NCBI GenBank assembly: GCA_023213395.1
Contig: CM041465.1
Coordinates: 88,171,741-88,235,740, forward strand
From: Cycas panzhihuaensis
Lineage: Eukaryota; Plantae; Cycadophyta
Reading direction: 5' to 3'
Length of the DNA stretch: 64,000 nt
A model generated the notes under the pieces. It searched no databases and was not told where the DNA came from. It was given only the letters and a program-made list of their open reading frames with translations. Positions 1 to 12,739 of the stretch are shown piece by piece. Position numbers and translations under genes: made by a program. Numbering within the stretch: the stretch's first letter is position 1; each line of letters begins with the position of its first letter.

Positions 1-64
1 TATTGTGAAGTTTTGAGTTTGAACTGTTTAGCCTCCTATTTTTTGATGTGCATGGTAACTGCAG

Positions 65-90
65 AAGAATTGCTGAACTGCTTCACGTTG
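65..90 (+). CDS. Candidate 26-nt micro-exon of an unidentified host gene (open frame ...RIAELLHV...)
   Basis: T-rich tract, then tgcag|AAGAATTGCTGAACTGCTTCACGTTG|gtacga with canonical AG/GT. Flanks retain CpGs and do not look TE-derived. No homology recognised. Confidence 0.25.
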
Positions 91-1065
91 GTACGAGTTC
101 AATGCATGTGTTGATATATTCATTTGAAGTTTTTGAGCGAATATTGTAACTGGATAAATCGATGCTTTAATTGTTAGTTTTGACTCACCAATTTTGTTCT
201 TTACTTGAAATTTGGTATAATACATATATAGTTATGGACTTTTGAAGATACTCATCAATATTCTAAAAAAGCCCCAAACAAAATATATGACCCTCCTGAT
301 CAAAACCGTTGAAACAAACTTAAACACGTAATTTCACCCTTGTAGTATAATATCATCAAATAGGTATTTTAGCAAATGGGAGGGTACGCAATGGCTGCTC
401 CTTGTAGCATAACATCATTTAATAGGCATTTAAGCAAATGAAAGTGTAAACTATTTAAGCAAAAATAAAGTGTATGGTTATTGGATTACATATTGATAAA
501 GATATATGGATGATTGAACTTTGAAGATGGCATGGGATCAACTTGTTTCTTGGCAGCAGATGTTGAAAGAGATGTTCTAGAGATTTTGTTATGGTCCCGT
601 TATTGCAAAATGCTAATGCTTCATGATATGGGCCCGTTTTCCTTTCTACGTGAAAGGTGGGGTATGTCCTTTTTTCTTTGTTTTGATTGATGGATAGAAG
701 TGATCACTATGTGAAACCTTTTATTTTTGCTTTTTTATTTTTCCTAATTTTCATTTCTCGAGTAAAATATGTAACCCACCATTTTCATCACTTTGTTTTT
801 GGTATATGGTGGGCTCCTTGAGAGTATGCTTAACTTGAGGTTGGATTATATATAAACTAAACAAAATTTCCAACAACCTTGAAGATAGTATTTTTCGTTT
901 TGAAGTTATTGTGCATAGTCACACTTTATGTTGGGAAGGGTGTTTTCAAATTAAGCATGGGAAAGTAGGTTAGGAGAAGGGTGATTATATGTAGTATTAT
1001 ATTTAATAATTTATTAGAATGTAGAAATTTTAAGAATTGCTTAGGACTTGTATCCTTTTAGACCA

Positions 1066-2703
1066 TTGGATCATTTTTTTGTTATTCTTTTTAGTTAGTT
1101 TGGTAATGCTTATTAAGTTATATCCTATTTAGGTGAATTTTACCTTTTAAAGGATGTGCTTGACTCATAAAGGAACAAATAATGGTATAAAAATTGATAA
1201 TAGAAATAGATGAGGCGTTTATTTTCTTGAGTCTTTATTTTCTCTAGTCCTTGTTACCATTGGACCATTTTCTTTGCTATTAGTTTTGTTTATGTTGGTG
1301 GTGATTATTGATTGGGGGGTATAGGCTAAAATCTTGCCTTGGCCAAGGCTCTAAGGTAAATTAAAATTTATAATAAATAAGAATGATAAGAGATGTAAGG
1401 GTCATCAAAATAAATACAAGTTGTGTGCTTGGATTTGACTTGAATATGGGTGACTTTTAATTCTTTGACGAGTTTGTCCTTAGGTTGATCTATCTTTTAA
1501 TCAAACAAAATAAACCCTTAGAAAATTCAAGGCGGGAACTTGGATCATTTTCTTTGGTATTCCTTTTAGTTAGTTTGGTAATGCTTATTGGGTTATACTA
1601 TTTAGGTGAATTTTACCTTCTAAAGGATGTGCATGAAAAATATTGCATTTTATCAAGAAATAAATAATAGCATAAAAATTGATAATAGAAATAGATGAGG
1701 TGTTTATTTTCTTTTGAGTCCTTGTTACCATTGGACCATTTTTCCTTTGGTATTAATTTTGTTTATGTTGATGGTGACTATTGATTGGGGGGTATAGGCT
1801 AAAATCTTACCTTGGCAAGGCTCTAAGGTGAATTAAAATTTATAATAAATAAGAATGATAAGAGATGTAAGGGTCATCAAAATAAATACGAGTTGTGCTT
1901 GTATTTGACTTGAATATGGGTGACATTTTTTTTTTTTTTTTGACAAGTTTGTTTTTTGGTTGATCTATCTTTTAATTAAATAAAATAAACCTTTAGAAAA
2001 TTCAAGGCTGAAAATTGGATCATTTTCTTTGTTTTTCTTTTTAGTTAGTTTGGTAATGCTTGTTGGGTTATCCTATTTAGGTGAATTTTACCTTCTAAAG
2101 GATGTGCTTGAAAAATATTGCCTATTATCAAGTAATAATAAATATCAGCATAAAAATTGATAATAGAAATAGATGAGGTGTTTATTTTCTTTTGAGTCCT
2201 TGTTACCATTGGACCATTTTTCCTTTGGTATTAATTTTGTTTATGTTGGTGGTGACTATTGATTTGGGGTATATAGGCTAAATTCTTGCCTTGGCAAGGC
2301 TCTAAGGTAAATTAAAATTTGTAATAAATAAAAATGATAAGAGATGTAAGGGTCATAAAAATAAATGCATGTTGCGTGATTGGATTTGACTTGAATATGG
2401 GTGACATTTTTTTTCTTTGATAAGTTTGTTTTTTTGGTTGATCCATCTTTTAACCAAACAAGGTAAACCTTTAGAAAATTCGGGGGTATATAGGCTAAAT
2501 TTTTGCCTTGGCAAGGCTCTAAGGTAAATTAAAATTTGTAATAAATAAAAATGATAAGAGATGTAAGGGTCATAAAAATAAATGCAAGTTGCGTGATTGG
2601 ATTTGACTTGAATATGGGTGACATTTTTTTTCTTTGATAAGTTTGTTTTTTGGTTGATCCATCTTTTAACCAAACAAGGTAAACCTTTAGAAAATTCAAG
2701 GCT
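1066..2703. repeat. Tandem repeat, ~475-bp unit x3 plus a ~217-bp partial re-duplication
   Basis: ttggatcatttt...tagttagtttggtaatgctt recurs at ~1066, ~1540 and ~2015; ~2482-2700 repeats ~2266-2481 almost exactly. Confidence 0.9.
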
Positions 2704-2999
2704 TGAAAAATGATGAATTGGGTTAATGTGATGCAATGATGAATAAGTACAACATATCAACCAAGGTTTCATGGGTTTGACAATTAACTAGTATAATTAT
2801 TTTTAAGTGATAAATTAGAGTAAGGATTAAAAGGTGTTGGGTGTTAAAATTTTGGGCTAATGATTGTCGGGATACATTTTTACACAAATTAAGAGATTTA
2901 GTGTTTTCTATGATAGTAAAAGTAAGTTTTGTGACCATGTGTTTTATTAAGAGGATGTGTTAGAATTTTATTACATGATTCACAGTCAAAGATATGATT

Positions 3000-4290
3000 T
3001 AGTGGAAGCCAATTCAACCCACGCATAATGTGTTCCATTGGAGAATCTTGTAGAGGGTTTTTGTCTTCAATCCAAGCACAATGTGTTCTATTGTAGAATC
3101 TTGCATAATCTTCATCTTCAACCAAAGCACAATGTGTTATATTGGAAAATTTTAGAATGAGTGGAATATTTGTTGTGATTCTTTTTGTTTGGTGTGTGGT
3201 GGTGGTGGTTATAATGATAATTTCAACCATTTTTTGCGGCATTGTGCTTCAGGGCATGACATTTGTTACACTTTTTTTTTTAATTTTTGACTTGGACCAA
3301 AATCTCATTAATATTTGAGAGGGTTGCTTGCCTCTTTACTTTTGGTTAATTAAAGAAAGTTTATAGCTTACATTTGATTTGTTATTGGCCACCCTCTAAT
3401 AGGTTTGTATATGATTTATTTTTAACAGTTGTTGCTTTTCTTTAACCACACCTTTGATTGCATTAGAAAGGATATCTTTCTATGGTTGTTTCACAATCTT
3501 TGTTTTAATTTTTTTTAAGATTTTTTTTTTAAGGTAAAATATTAATCATTAAACTAAGAAATCAATTGCAATACAATTGGGGTGATGTGCCCATTTGAGT
3601 TATAAAATCTAACAATTTAGTTTTTTACATGCAAAGCAATAAAGATAGCAATATTCGTTTGGGACTGTTTCTTTAGATTTTTTTTAGAGAAAATTGAAAC
3701 AAGGATTGTGAGACAATGATAAGAGGATTTCTTTTTTGATGCAGTCAAAGGTATGGTTGAAAAAAGGCACCATTTATTGGAAATAAGTTGTGCGAATTTT
3801 TTAGATTTTGTACGTGATTGTTTTTAAAAGTAGGAGCCAAAGATTTATCATATGGGGGTTGAGTAGCAAACCAATTGAGTTGTAGACTAGTTTTTTTTTA
3901 TTAATTAAGAATGAAGAGGCAATCTACCCTTCCAAATGTTGGGAAAACCTCGATTCAAATCAAATATTTGGAAAAGTTGTGTATTGGATGCTTTGGATTA
4001 GAGGACAATGCCATTAAATATGGTTGAAATTATAGAGGCAATCTACCCTTCCAAATGTTGGGAAAACCTCGATTCAAATCAAATATTTGGAAAAGTTGTG
4101 TATTGGATGCTTTGGATTAGAGGACAATGCCATTAAATATGGTTGAAATTATCATTCTAAGTCCCACACATCGGACAAAAGGATTCATGGTAGATATTTC
4201 ATTGATCCTAAGAGTCCTAGAAGATGAAGGTGTCATGCAGGATTCTCCAATGGAGCACATTATGCTTGGATTGTGTTGGCTTCCACTAGA
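3000..4290. repeat. Long degenerate inverted repeat (arms ~3000-3515 and ~3690-4290, spacer ~170 bp)
   Basis: Reverse complement of 3441-3510 aligns to 3692-3760, and of 3001-3050 to 4236-4287. ORFs 2898..3242(-) and 4127..4354(+) share MVEIII and QDSPMEHIMxGLxWLPL. Confidence 0.85.
3915..4152. repeat. Perfect 119-bp tandem duplication
   Basis: agaggcaatctacccttcc...ggttgaaattat occurs at 3915-4033 and 4034-4152. Confidence 0.95.
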
Positions 4291-4379
4291 TCCATCATTA
4301 TGCTTGGATTGTGTTGGCTTCCACCAGATCCATCTCTATTCGGCTTGCGGTTGAACATGACGGTGTTGTTGGTTGTGGA

Positions 4380-7300
4380 TCATGTAATAAAATTTTGTGG
4401 TATTAAAAACTTGGCCCTTCGAGAGAAATTCAAGACCTTCCTCTCATTGTAATTCCATAGTGACTTAAAGGGGATCCACTTGTTGCAGAAAGAAATTAAG
4501 TCTATCAGCAATTTAGAGGAGAGCGGGATTGGGGTGGGGGTTACTCTTAGTGACAAGATTGACATGGTCCTTCTAACGGAGCTGCTCGAAATCGTGGAAT
4601 TAAGCCACGACGTGCCAATTGTAAGAGCTAAAGAATTGAGTTAACAGTGCAAACTCCTCTTGGATCACTAGCTCGGGGGAGCTCGGGGCAACCATTTGTT
4701 TGTCCAAAAATTGACTTGGAAGACTTGTTGAGCTTGGAGAGAAAATGGTGTTATAATGAAGATTATCTTAGGCAGTGACTATGTGATTCCATATAATGGA
4801 ACTTTTGATTAAATGGTTGGGAGTTGATAGTTGTTTGGCAGTGTGAAAAAATCAATATTTCCGTCTTATAATGGGTGCCCCATTTATTATTTTCTTTGCT
4901 CTTGAGATCCCATAAATGCTTGGCCTCTCTGACGTATACCATGGTGAAAGGATTTTTGAAACCAAGATCGCCTCGTCGCTTATGTTTTGTGACTATGTTC
5001 CACCTTATTGGGTAGAGTGATTTTGTTTTAGCTAACCAAGGTTTCTAGAGGAATTTTGTAAATAAACTTTGAATGGCAGAAAGAATTATTTTGGTAGCTT
5101 GAATGATAGACATTAGGTAATTTGGCATTTGGGTGTGGGTGGATTCTATTAGACTCCAGCAACCTGCTAAATTTAGAGACCTAGTGGGCTATGAATCTAA
5201 CTTGTTCTTGATTTTTTGGATGTAAGAATACCAATCCGTAATCTACATTGTAGAAAGGTCCATCGAAATGCCCAAGTATTTGAAAATTGTGATTTTAGAA
5301 GCAATTGGAACTCCTAGAAGAGTCGTCGAAGGATTTTGAGTCTCTATTGGAACTTTATTGAATATGATGTTAGATTTATTAGGTTTAATCGTCATTTGTG
5401 CGACAATGTCAAAAAGGTTGAGAGCTTGAGTTGGCCTAGCAAAATTGTATCATCTTCAAGGATCTGGGGTGTTGTGCACTCTGTTTCATTGATTGAAATA
5501 CCTTGGAGGAGACTTACAGATTGAAGGCATTTTAATAGAGAAGAGAAGTCGTCCATTACAATAACAAATAGATAGGAAGACAAAGGACAACCCTGACGAA
5601 TACATTTGCTTGTGCAGATAAGGGAGTTAGTTGATTTGTTGATTTTGATGGCCATTGAAATCGAGGAGAATATGGTTTTGATCCAACTAATGTGATTTAT
5701 TTTTAAGCCCTTTTAGAAGAGAATGGCTAGGATAGTCCTATTCCACTGTGTCATAAGCTTTATTGGGGGCCCCATTTATCATTTTCTTTGCTCTAGAGAC
5801 CCCATAAATGCTTGGCCTCTCTGACTTGTACCATGGTGAAAGGATTTTTGAAACCAAGATCACCTCGCCCCTTATGTTTTGTGACTATGTTCCACCTTAT
5901 TGGGTAGAGTGATTTTGTTTTAGCTAACCAGGGTTTTTAGAGGAATTTTGTAAATAAACTTTGAATGGCAGAAAGAATTATTTTGGTAGCTTGAATGATA
6001 GACATTAGGTAATTTGGCATTTGGGTGTGGGTGGATTTATTAGACTCCATCAACCTGCTAAATTTAGAGACCTAGTGGGCTATGAATCTAACTTGTTCTT
6101 GATATTTTGGATGTAAGAATACCAATCCGTAATCTATATTATAGAAAGGTCCATCGAAATGCCCAAGTATTTGAAAATTGTGATTTTAGAAGCAATTGAA
6201 CTCCTAGAAGAGTCGTCGAAGGATTTTGAGTCTCTATTGGAACTTTATTGAATATGATAGATTTATTAGGTTTAATTGTCATTTGTGCGACAATGTCAAA
6301 AAAGTTGAGAGCTTGAGTTGGCCTAGCAAAATTGTATCCATCTTCAAGGATCTGGGTTGTTGTGCCCTCTGTTTCATTGTTTGAAATACCTTGGAGGAGA
6401 CTTACAAATTGAAGGCATTTTAATAGAGAAGAGAAGTCGTCCATTACAATAACAAATAGATAGGAAGACAAAGGACAACCTTGACGAATACATCTGCTTG
6501 TGTAGATAAGGGAGTTAGTTGATTTGTTGATTTTGATGGCCATTGAAATCGAGGAGAGTTGATTTGTTGATTTTGATGGCCATTGAAATCGAGGAGAATA
6601 TGGTTTTGATCCAACTAATATGATTTATTTTTAAGCTCTTTTGGAAGAGAATGGCTAGGATAGTCCTATTCCACTGTCATTAGCTTTATTGAGGTCCAAT
6701 TTAGGCAGCATTGTTTGCAACCTTTTTGTGCGTATGGGATGAAGGGCCTTTGCAATCACCATAATATTGTCTGTTATGTGTCGACCTTTAATGGAAATTG
6801 TTTAATTTTCATTAACAACTTGAGGAAGAAAAGCTTTGAGTCGATTGGCTATTACCTTAGTTATAATTTTATACGAAGTGTTGCATAGACTAATGGGTCT
6901 CTAATGGTGGATTGTGGAGGGAATGTCATTTTTTGGGACTAGGGAGACCATGGTTGCATTGATCGCTGGGTGTATCTTCTTAGTCTTGCGAGTCTCTTCT
7001 ACCATGCTTGTTAAAAGCTGAGACACCTCTTCATAATCAATGGCCAATAATAGCTCTACAGGCATTCCATCTAGGCCAGGGGCTTTATCATGGGAAAGTT
7101 TTGTAATAATTTTGTGGATTTTCTACTTAGTGATTGACTTGTGAAGAGAATCATTGAGAGTCCTACAACACTCCTCAAGGATATGATTCACTTTGGAGAG
7201 GATGGTTTGAGTAGCTTGTGCCTTGGTAGGGGAAATGCCTCGAGTAGACGATAGTTTATCGAAATGAAGGAAGATTTCTCTTTGAATTTTGCATTGAGAG

Positions 7301-9530
7301 TACGTGATCTCGGTAGGAGAGACTTGCAAACATTTGAGGGTTTGTTGATGTTGCTTGGCTTTCGTGTATTGGTTGAAAAATTGAGTTATGATCGGCATGG
7401 ATTTTCCATTGAATGTTAGACCAAGCTTTCCATTTTTCAGCTTATCGCTTTTGCATTAGCAGGAGTTAGTCATTTAGATCATGTAGTTTGGAACGAAGAT
7501 TAGGGGAGCCATTGCCCTCTTTAAACTCCTTCTGTATAGAATAGATAGTCAGCAATGTAGATTCTCGTTGTTCCTTGAGCTGTCATTTATGCTCTTTGCC
7601 AAATTGCTTGATTCAAAATTTGAGGCCTTTCATAATTATTGTCCATCGGGCACCAAGACTTGTTACATGGTTCAATCTATTGTACAGAATAAACCACCAT
7701 TGTTGGAGAGCATTTTTGAGATCCTCTAGCTTAAGTAAGCTTACATTGAATTTGAAAACTATCTTCCTGGTTGCAACTGTATCCTCCTTGGTGCAGAGTT
7801 GGATCTTAATAGGGATTTGATTAGAAATCAGGGCCATTAGTTGAGATATATTGGTATTGAGTAATGAGAGCGGTGAGGGAAGTTGAAATATAGGTTTTGT
7901 TCAGCCTTTTTGTTATAAAGTTACTCCCCTGTGAATTGTTAGACCAAGTGAAGTTTAAACGCCCCTTCTAGGGAAGTTCAAAGAGATCAAACCTGTCTTT
8001 TAAGATCAATAAATGATGAGTTGTCTTTTTGAAGGGGCCTTTTGAACTTCTCACCCGTTTTGTCATAAGGCGATTTCACAAAATTAAAGTCCCCCAAACG
8101 AAGAATGTGATCGTGGTCTTCTTGATTATTGTTTAAAGCACTTGCCAAGGCTTGCCCAGGGCTCATACTTGATACGACAATCAATAGAAGCATAGTCCTT
8201 GATGACCTAGCAAACAAATTGGTCCTTTTCCATTTTCAAACACATTCAATCATGATATGGGCTTATAATATAGTGAAGCATCTCCCATTGGTTATTTCAT
8301 AGAATACAAAGACCTCCAGAAGGCCAATCTAGAATAATTGCTTTCCAATGGGTCGTAGGCCATATCTCGTGGTTGGTACACTACATGTCGATTTTAGAGA
8401 TGATATGAGTTTTTATAAGAACCAGAAAATGGGGTTTATGTTGACGTATGATACGTTTTAACTCAATGTGTTTATGAAAGTGAGGGTGACCTATTGTCGT
8501 GATACTCCAAGCCATTGCTGAAAGGTTATTTTTGTTCGTCCATTGTACTAGGAAGATGTCGTATGGCCCAGAGATTTGAGTCGATACGATGCGGAGTTTC
8601 TTCATAACTAGGCAAATGAAGTTGCAGTTGGAGGTCATTCACATTGCAAAATCTTATCCATTGCGTTTCTGAAACATGATGTGGGGATTATGGTTCCTCC
8701 ATTTGCATGTCGACTAGGTTACCTTGTTGGTGCTCTACAATATGTATAATGGCCACTTTAGATGTTTGTCCTTGGACTGGTGTAGTGACCTTTAGTCTTT
8801 TCTTTAGTTGATCTCTAGAGTTGTTGAGATCTAGTTGAGGAGGTTGGGTGTTTGTGAGGTGTCCTTTCCCTTTGTTTCTTGCTCGATTACTAATGAGAGT
8901 CCACCTATCATCTTCTCTTGTTTGAGGTGACGACATTTGTTGTTGTTGATTCGCCACTTCTAGATGGGTTTGGGGGATGAGCCATTGATGTTAGGATTAT
9001 TTGATTTGTTGTTGTTTGGGTAGGAGGCATTTGGTGTGGAATAACCTCGACTCTCCTTAGGTCTAAACTGGGAGGAGCTTGAAATAGGTGGCAGAATTTT
9101 CTCACATGCCTTATGTTGTGGCAAGCAGTGCATTTGAAGGGGACTCTTTCATAGTCGAGGTTGATTTAATTGACCTATTGGCGACTTTGAAATAAGCGTT
9201 CATTGAGAGGTTTAGTTGTATCTAGCTCGACACACACTTTTGCCACTCTTTTGACAGTGTGATCTAAGGTGTTTTGAGTCCAACTTTATGACCTTCCTCA
9301 ACATGGAACTGATTTTGATGAGATGTTTCTCTTCTCTAAATTTCATCCGGTAGGAATGGTAGTTGAACCCACATTGGGATTTTTAAAGGCCTTAGGTTAT
9401 TCAAGTCAACAAACATTGGAGACCAACGCTGAGAACTAGACCCAAGTTGCACATGAATCAAGGGTCATCGTATAAGACTTTTTCCGAATCTAAAGTATTT
9501 GAAAAGAAGATCTCTAGGAAAATCTTACGA
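4380..9530 (-). mobile_element. Degenerate L1-clade LINE (ORF1 zinc knuckle; ORF2 endonuclease and RT), pseudogenised
   Basis: Minus strand: LDYERVPFKCTACHNIRHVRKFC (~9090-9160, ORF1 CCHC); LKRIIRQHKPHFLVLIKTH and LGDFNFV (AP-endonuclease, 7987-8520); IRQGCPLSSYLFVIVMD...EDDTILL (RT); FWTNKW post-RT motif ~4690-4710. Many stops and frameshifts. Confidence 0.92.
4876..6690. repeat. ~892-bp tandem duplication inside LINE ORF2 (RT core present twice)
   Basis: gccccattta(t/c)tattttctttgctc begins at ~4876 and ~5768; ORFs 5392..5655 and 6139..6543 are near-identical. Confidence 0.95.
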
Positions 9531-9534
9531 AACA

Positions 9535-9670
9535 TCTTCAAATTGATGCTATTATCTTTAGTGCTTTGCATGTAAAAGATTGAGTTGTTAGATTTTTTTG
9601 ACGCAATAGACACATTTCTGAATTGTATTACATTTGATTTTTTTGATTTAATGATATTTATTTACCCTAC
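9535..9670 (-). repeat. Inverted, diverged copy of 3530-3665
   Basis: Reverse complement aaaatctaacaactcaatcttttacatgcaaagcactaaagat matches aaaatctaacaatttagttttttacatgcaaagcaataaagat at ~3604-3646. Confidence 0.8.
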
Positions 9671-10399
9671 AAAAAAAACATGAATTTGGTAAAATTTGAA
9701 GTGTATATTTAATTTTACTAATAGGTGCATAAGGATATTTGATGGATTTATTGCAGATTTTTTTTTTAATAGTTGGATAATTACAAAGATTGGTAGATTC
9801 ACTCTAGCAAATTGATATAGGAGTGAATTATCTAACTTTGTTTCACTTCATCCAAAGATTGCATAGCAACATGTGTTAGTAGTATTGATATAGAAGTGAA
9901 TAATCAAGCATTTAGGCTTCTTGAAGAGTGGTTAAGTCATCTTTGGAATGCATTGCTCAATTGTTTCATTTTTTGCATCGTTTAAGATGACCGACTCTAT
10001 GTGAAATATGCTCTGAAGAAATCTCCACTCCCTCCATTTTGTAAGTCTTTCGCATTGCAACTGTAACAACTAGGCAATGCTTTGCAAGTTATAAGTTAGA
10101 CGTACCAACCCCTCTAGTTACTCAACTTGGTGGCTATAAACACAAACTTTGTTGAAAATGTTCTAACATCTCTCTCTCTCTCGAAAAAAGAAGAAAATTG
10201 ATCATTTTTAGTGACCAACAATATGTTCATGGTGGTAGATGGCCTTCTAAAAGAACATTCTCTGCAACTAGCTCAAGATAAAGGGATTAGCCAAAATGGT
10301 GTGTTATCATATTTTTCTTATTGAAAAGATAGTATTAGAGCCAAATCAGTAGACTTTAGGTCATAGATAACTAAATTATTTAGCAAATTGGATCAACTA

Positions 10400-12160
10400 T
10401 GAAGAAGATCAATTAGATGTGGAAGCTCAAAAGCTTTTTCCAAATTTGCTACAAACATCTTTAGTGGTGAAAGGAAGTTAGCATAAATAAGGTTAGTTTG
10501 AAAAAAATTCCAACATGAGAGAACTCATAAGCTTAGCCCTTATTTATTTATTCCCAACAAATATGAATGGCTTTATCTTCGATATTGGTTTCATTTATCA
10601 ATGGTGGACTAGTGGAAGTATGGCAAGGAAAACCCAAGTTGTGAATTTTTGTCTTTATACACTAGAATTATTGATTATCATAAAGTTTGCATCTTTATTA
10701 GTTGATGTTGAAAAAGATGGTATGCAATCACTTGCCAAGATGTAATTAGAGGTTTCAAATCAATTCAATCCTTGTAAGAATGATTAATTAAAGGAGATAT
10801 ATGCGTTGTTATTTGTTCTTGCATCAAGATCTCCATGCGAAAGTTTGATTTCTAAGAGTCTTCCAAATAATTTGGGAAATCTAATAATATAGGATATGGA
10901 AAACCAAAATATTGATATCAATGTTATTTATTTTGTTGATATAGTCTAAGTGTAGGTAGAAAATTAAATGACTTTGTTGGCAAAAGAACGCACAACAAAC
11001 AACTATGCTTCCCAATTAAGAATGTTGCAAGGAATTTGTTCCTTGGCTTGCCAAGAGTTCTCATGAGTCGTATTACTAAAGGTATGGTTGATTTAGACTT
11101 TGAACTTTGAAGAGTGACCAATTCAAGAAGACCTCTTTCGAGGTATTGTTATCTCAAAAAACATGGATTCTCTTATAACCCAATCCGAAAAGACTTGCTT
11201 TATTTGTTTCCAAGAGGGGCATTATGCTAGAAATTGCCATGGCGAAGCACTTATAGAGTCAAAAAGTTTGACTATTGAAAAGACCAGTCAAGATTACCAA
11301 TTAGTTGATGAAAGCAATAATGGTGATGGTTAGTTGTACATTCTCACTGAAGATGAAGAGGAAGAGTCTAGCGAGGAGCTATTTGATATTTCTTCCCCTT
11401 ATGAGCATAAGATGTTTTGTATGCTTTTTATTTGTTTTTAACGAGGTTGGAGATGCAATTAAAATTGATATATGTACCATTTGTTCAAAATAATTGGATA
11501 CACATGACTAATGAAACCATTGAAACGAATGGGTATGAAATGGTTATTCCAAATGTTGCAACAATTAATCTTGGCTCATTAACGCCACCATCATCGGTAT
11601 CATATGTGAAACGAAAACATCATATACAGTCATCATCAAGAATGTTGATGGATCATCATCATTAAAAGAGTTATAAATATTTGAAAGGATGATCAAAATC
11701 AAGGATTCTCTTTATATTCCAATATAGATGTTTGTAAACAATTCATTGTAGAAGGTAGATGCATTTTGTGACACAAGCAACATTAAATATAGCTTTACTT
11801 AAATTATTTGAAGGATTATGGAAAAATAAGCTAATGCCACTATCTTCAAAAACTTATAATGCCTCAATTTCTATTTCAAGATATATTTTTTTAGTTTTTG
11901 TTAAAATAGGAGATATGATTGTGTAAACTTAATTTTGTGAATGTTTTGATCCTTCTAGTAATATTATGTTTGCTATGCCATTCTTAAATTCAATTGGTCT
12001 TTATTTTGTTGTTACAATTTTAGGAGAGACAATGCTATTAGTGAAGGTGCGAAGTAACATTGCCCATTAGAGTTAACCATTTGTAGGATTACTATAAGCC
12101 ACAATGATAAATCAAGATTGTTTGATAGTCTGGGGATGCATTAATTTGGGATTTGAGGAG
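10400..12160 (+). mobile_element. Highly decayed Ty3/gypsy-like gag-protease relic
   Basis: CFICFQEGHYARNC zinc knuckle at ~11195-11237, an acidic linker, and a DAFCDTS protease-like motif at ~11758-11778. No RT follows. Confidence 0.55.
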
Positions 12161-12341
12161 GGATTAAGCTATTTATTAAAATTTAAGAGTAAAGGGGGTG
12201 ATTTTGTTGAGCATTATATTAACAAAATTTTTCATCATTCTTTGCATCTTTCGTGATGCAAATCACAATAAAAAGTTAAAAGTGTTTTCTAGGGGGGGTT
12301 TTCGAAGACCCTAAGAAGCTGAATTGGTTGAATTGCAATTT

Positions 12342-12646
12342 ATTCATTATTTTAAAGTATGTATAAGTATCTATAATAATGTTAGCCATTAACGACAATG
12401 GTATCAACTACAAATGTAAAATTGAGAGTTTTTTAAAGGAAATAGGGATGCCTAGAGTGATCAATGGCAAATTAGGCTAGTACATAGTTTTGTTCCTTAA
12501 TTCATTATTTTTTAAAGTACATACAAATATCTACAATAATTCCAATTATTGACAAGTTGGATATTAGTTATAAATGTAGGATCGAGAGTTCTTTAAAGCA
12601 AAAGGGGATGCCAAGAGTGATCTATGGCAAATTGGGTTGTTATGTA
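12342..12646. repeat. Diverged ~158-bp tandem duplication
   Basis: ttcattattttaaagta...gggatgcc(t/a)agagtgatc(a/t)atggcaaatt occurs twice (~12342 and ~12501). Confidence 0.8.
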
Positions 12647-12739
12647 TAATTTTTGCTCCTTTAGTTTTTCCTTGTCCCATGCTGGTTTGCTTGCTTATCT
12701 AGTATCTCAATTTGGGAGAGAGGACGATCATTAGGAAAA

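Noticed and set aside
2353-2772. 139-aa ORF with an internal repeat
   Set aside because: By-product of the 217-bp tandem duplication.
2898-4354. Pair of similar divergently oriented small ORFs as a gene pair
   Set aside because: The similarity follows from the DNA inverted repeat, and indels and internal duplications differ between arms.
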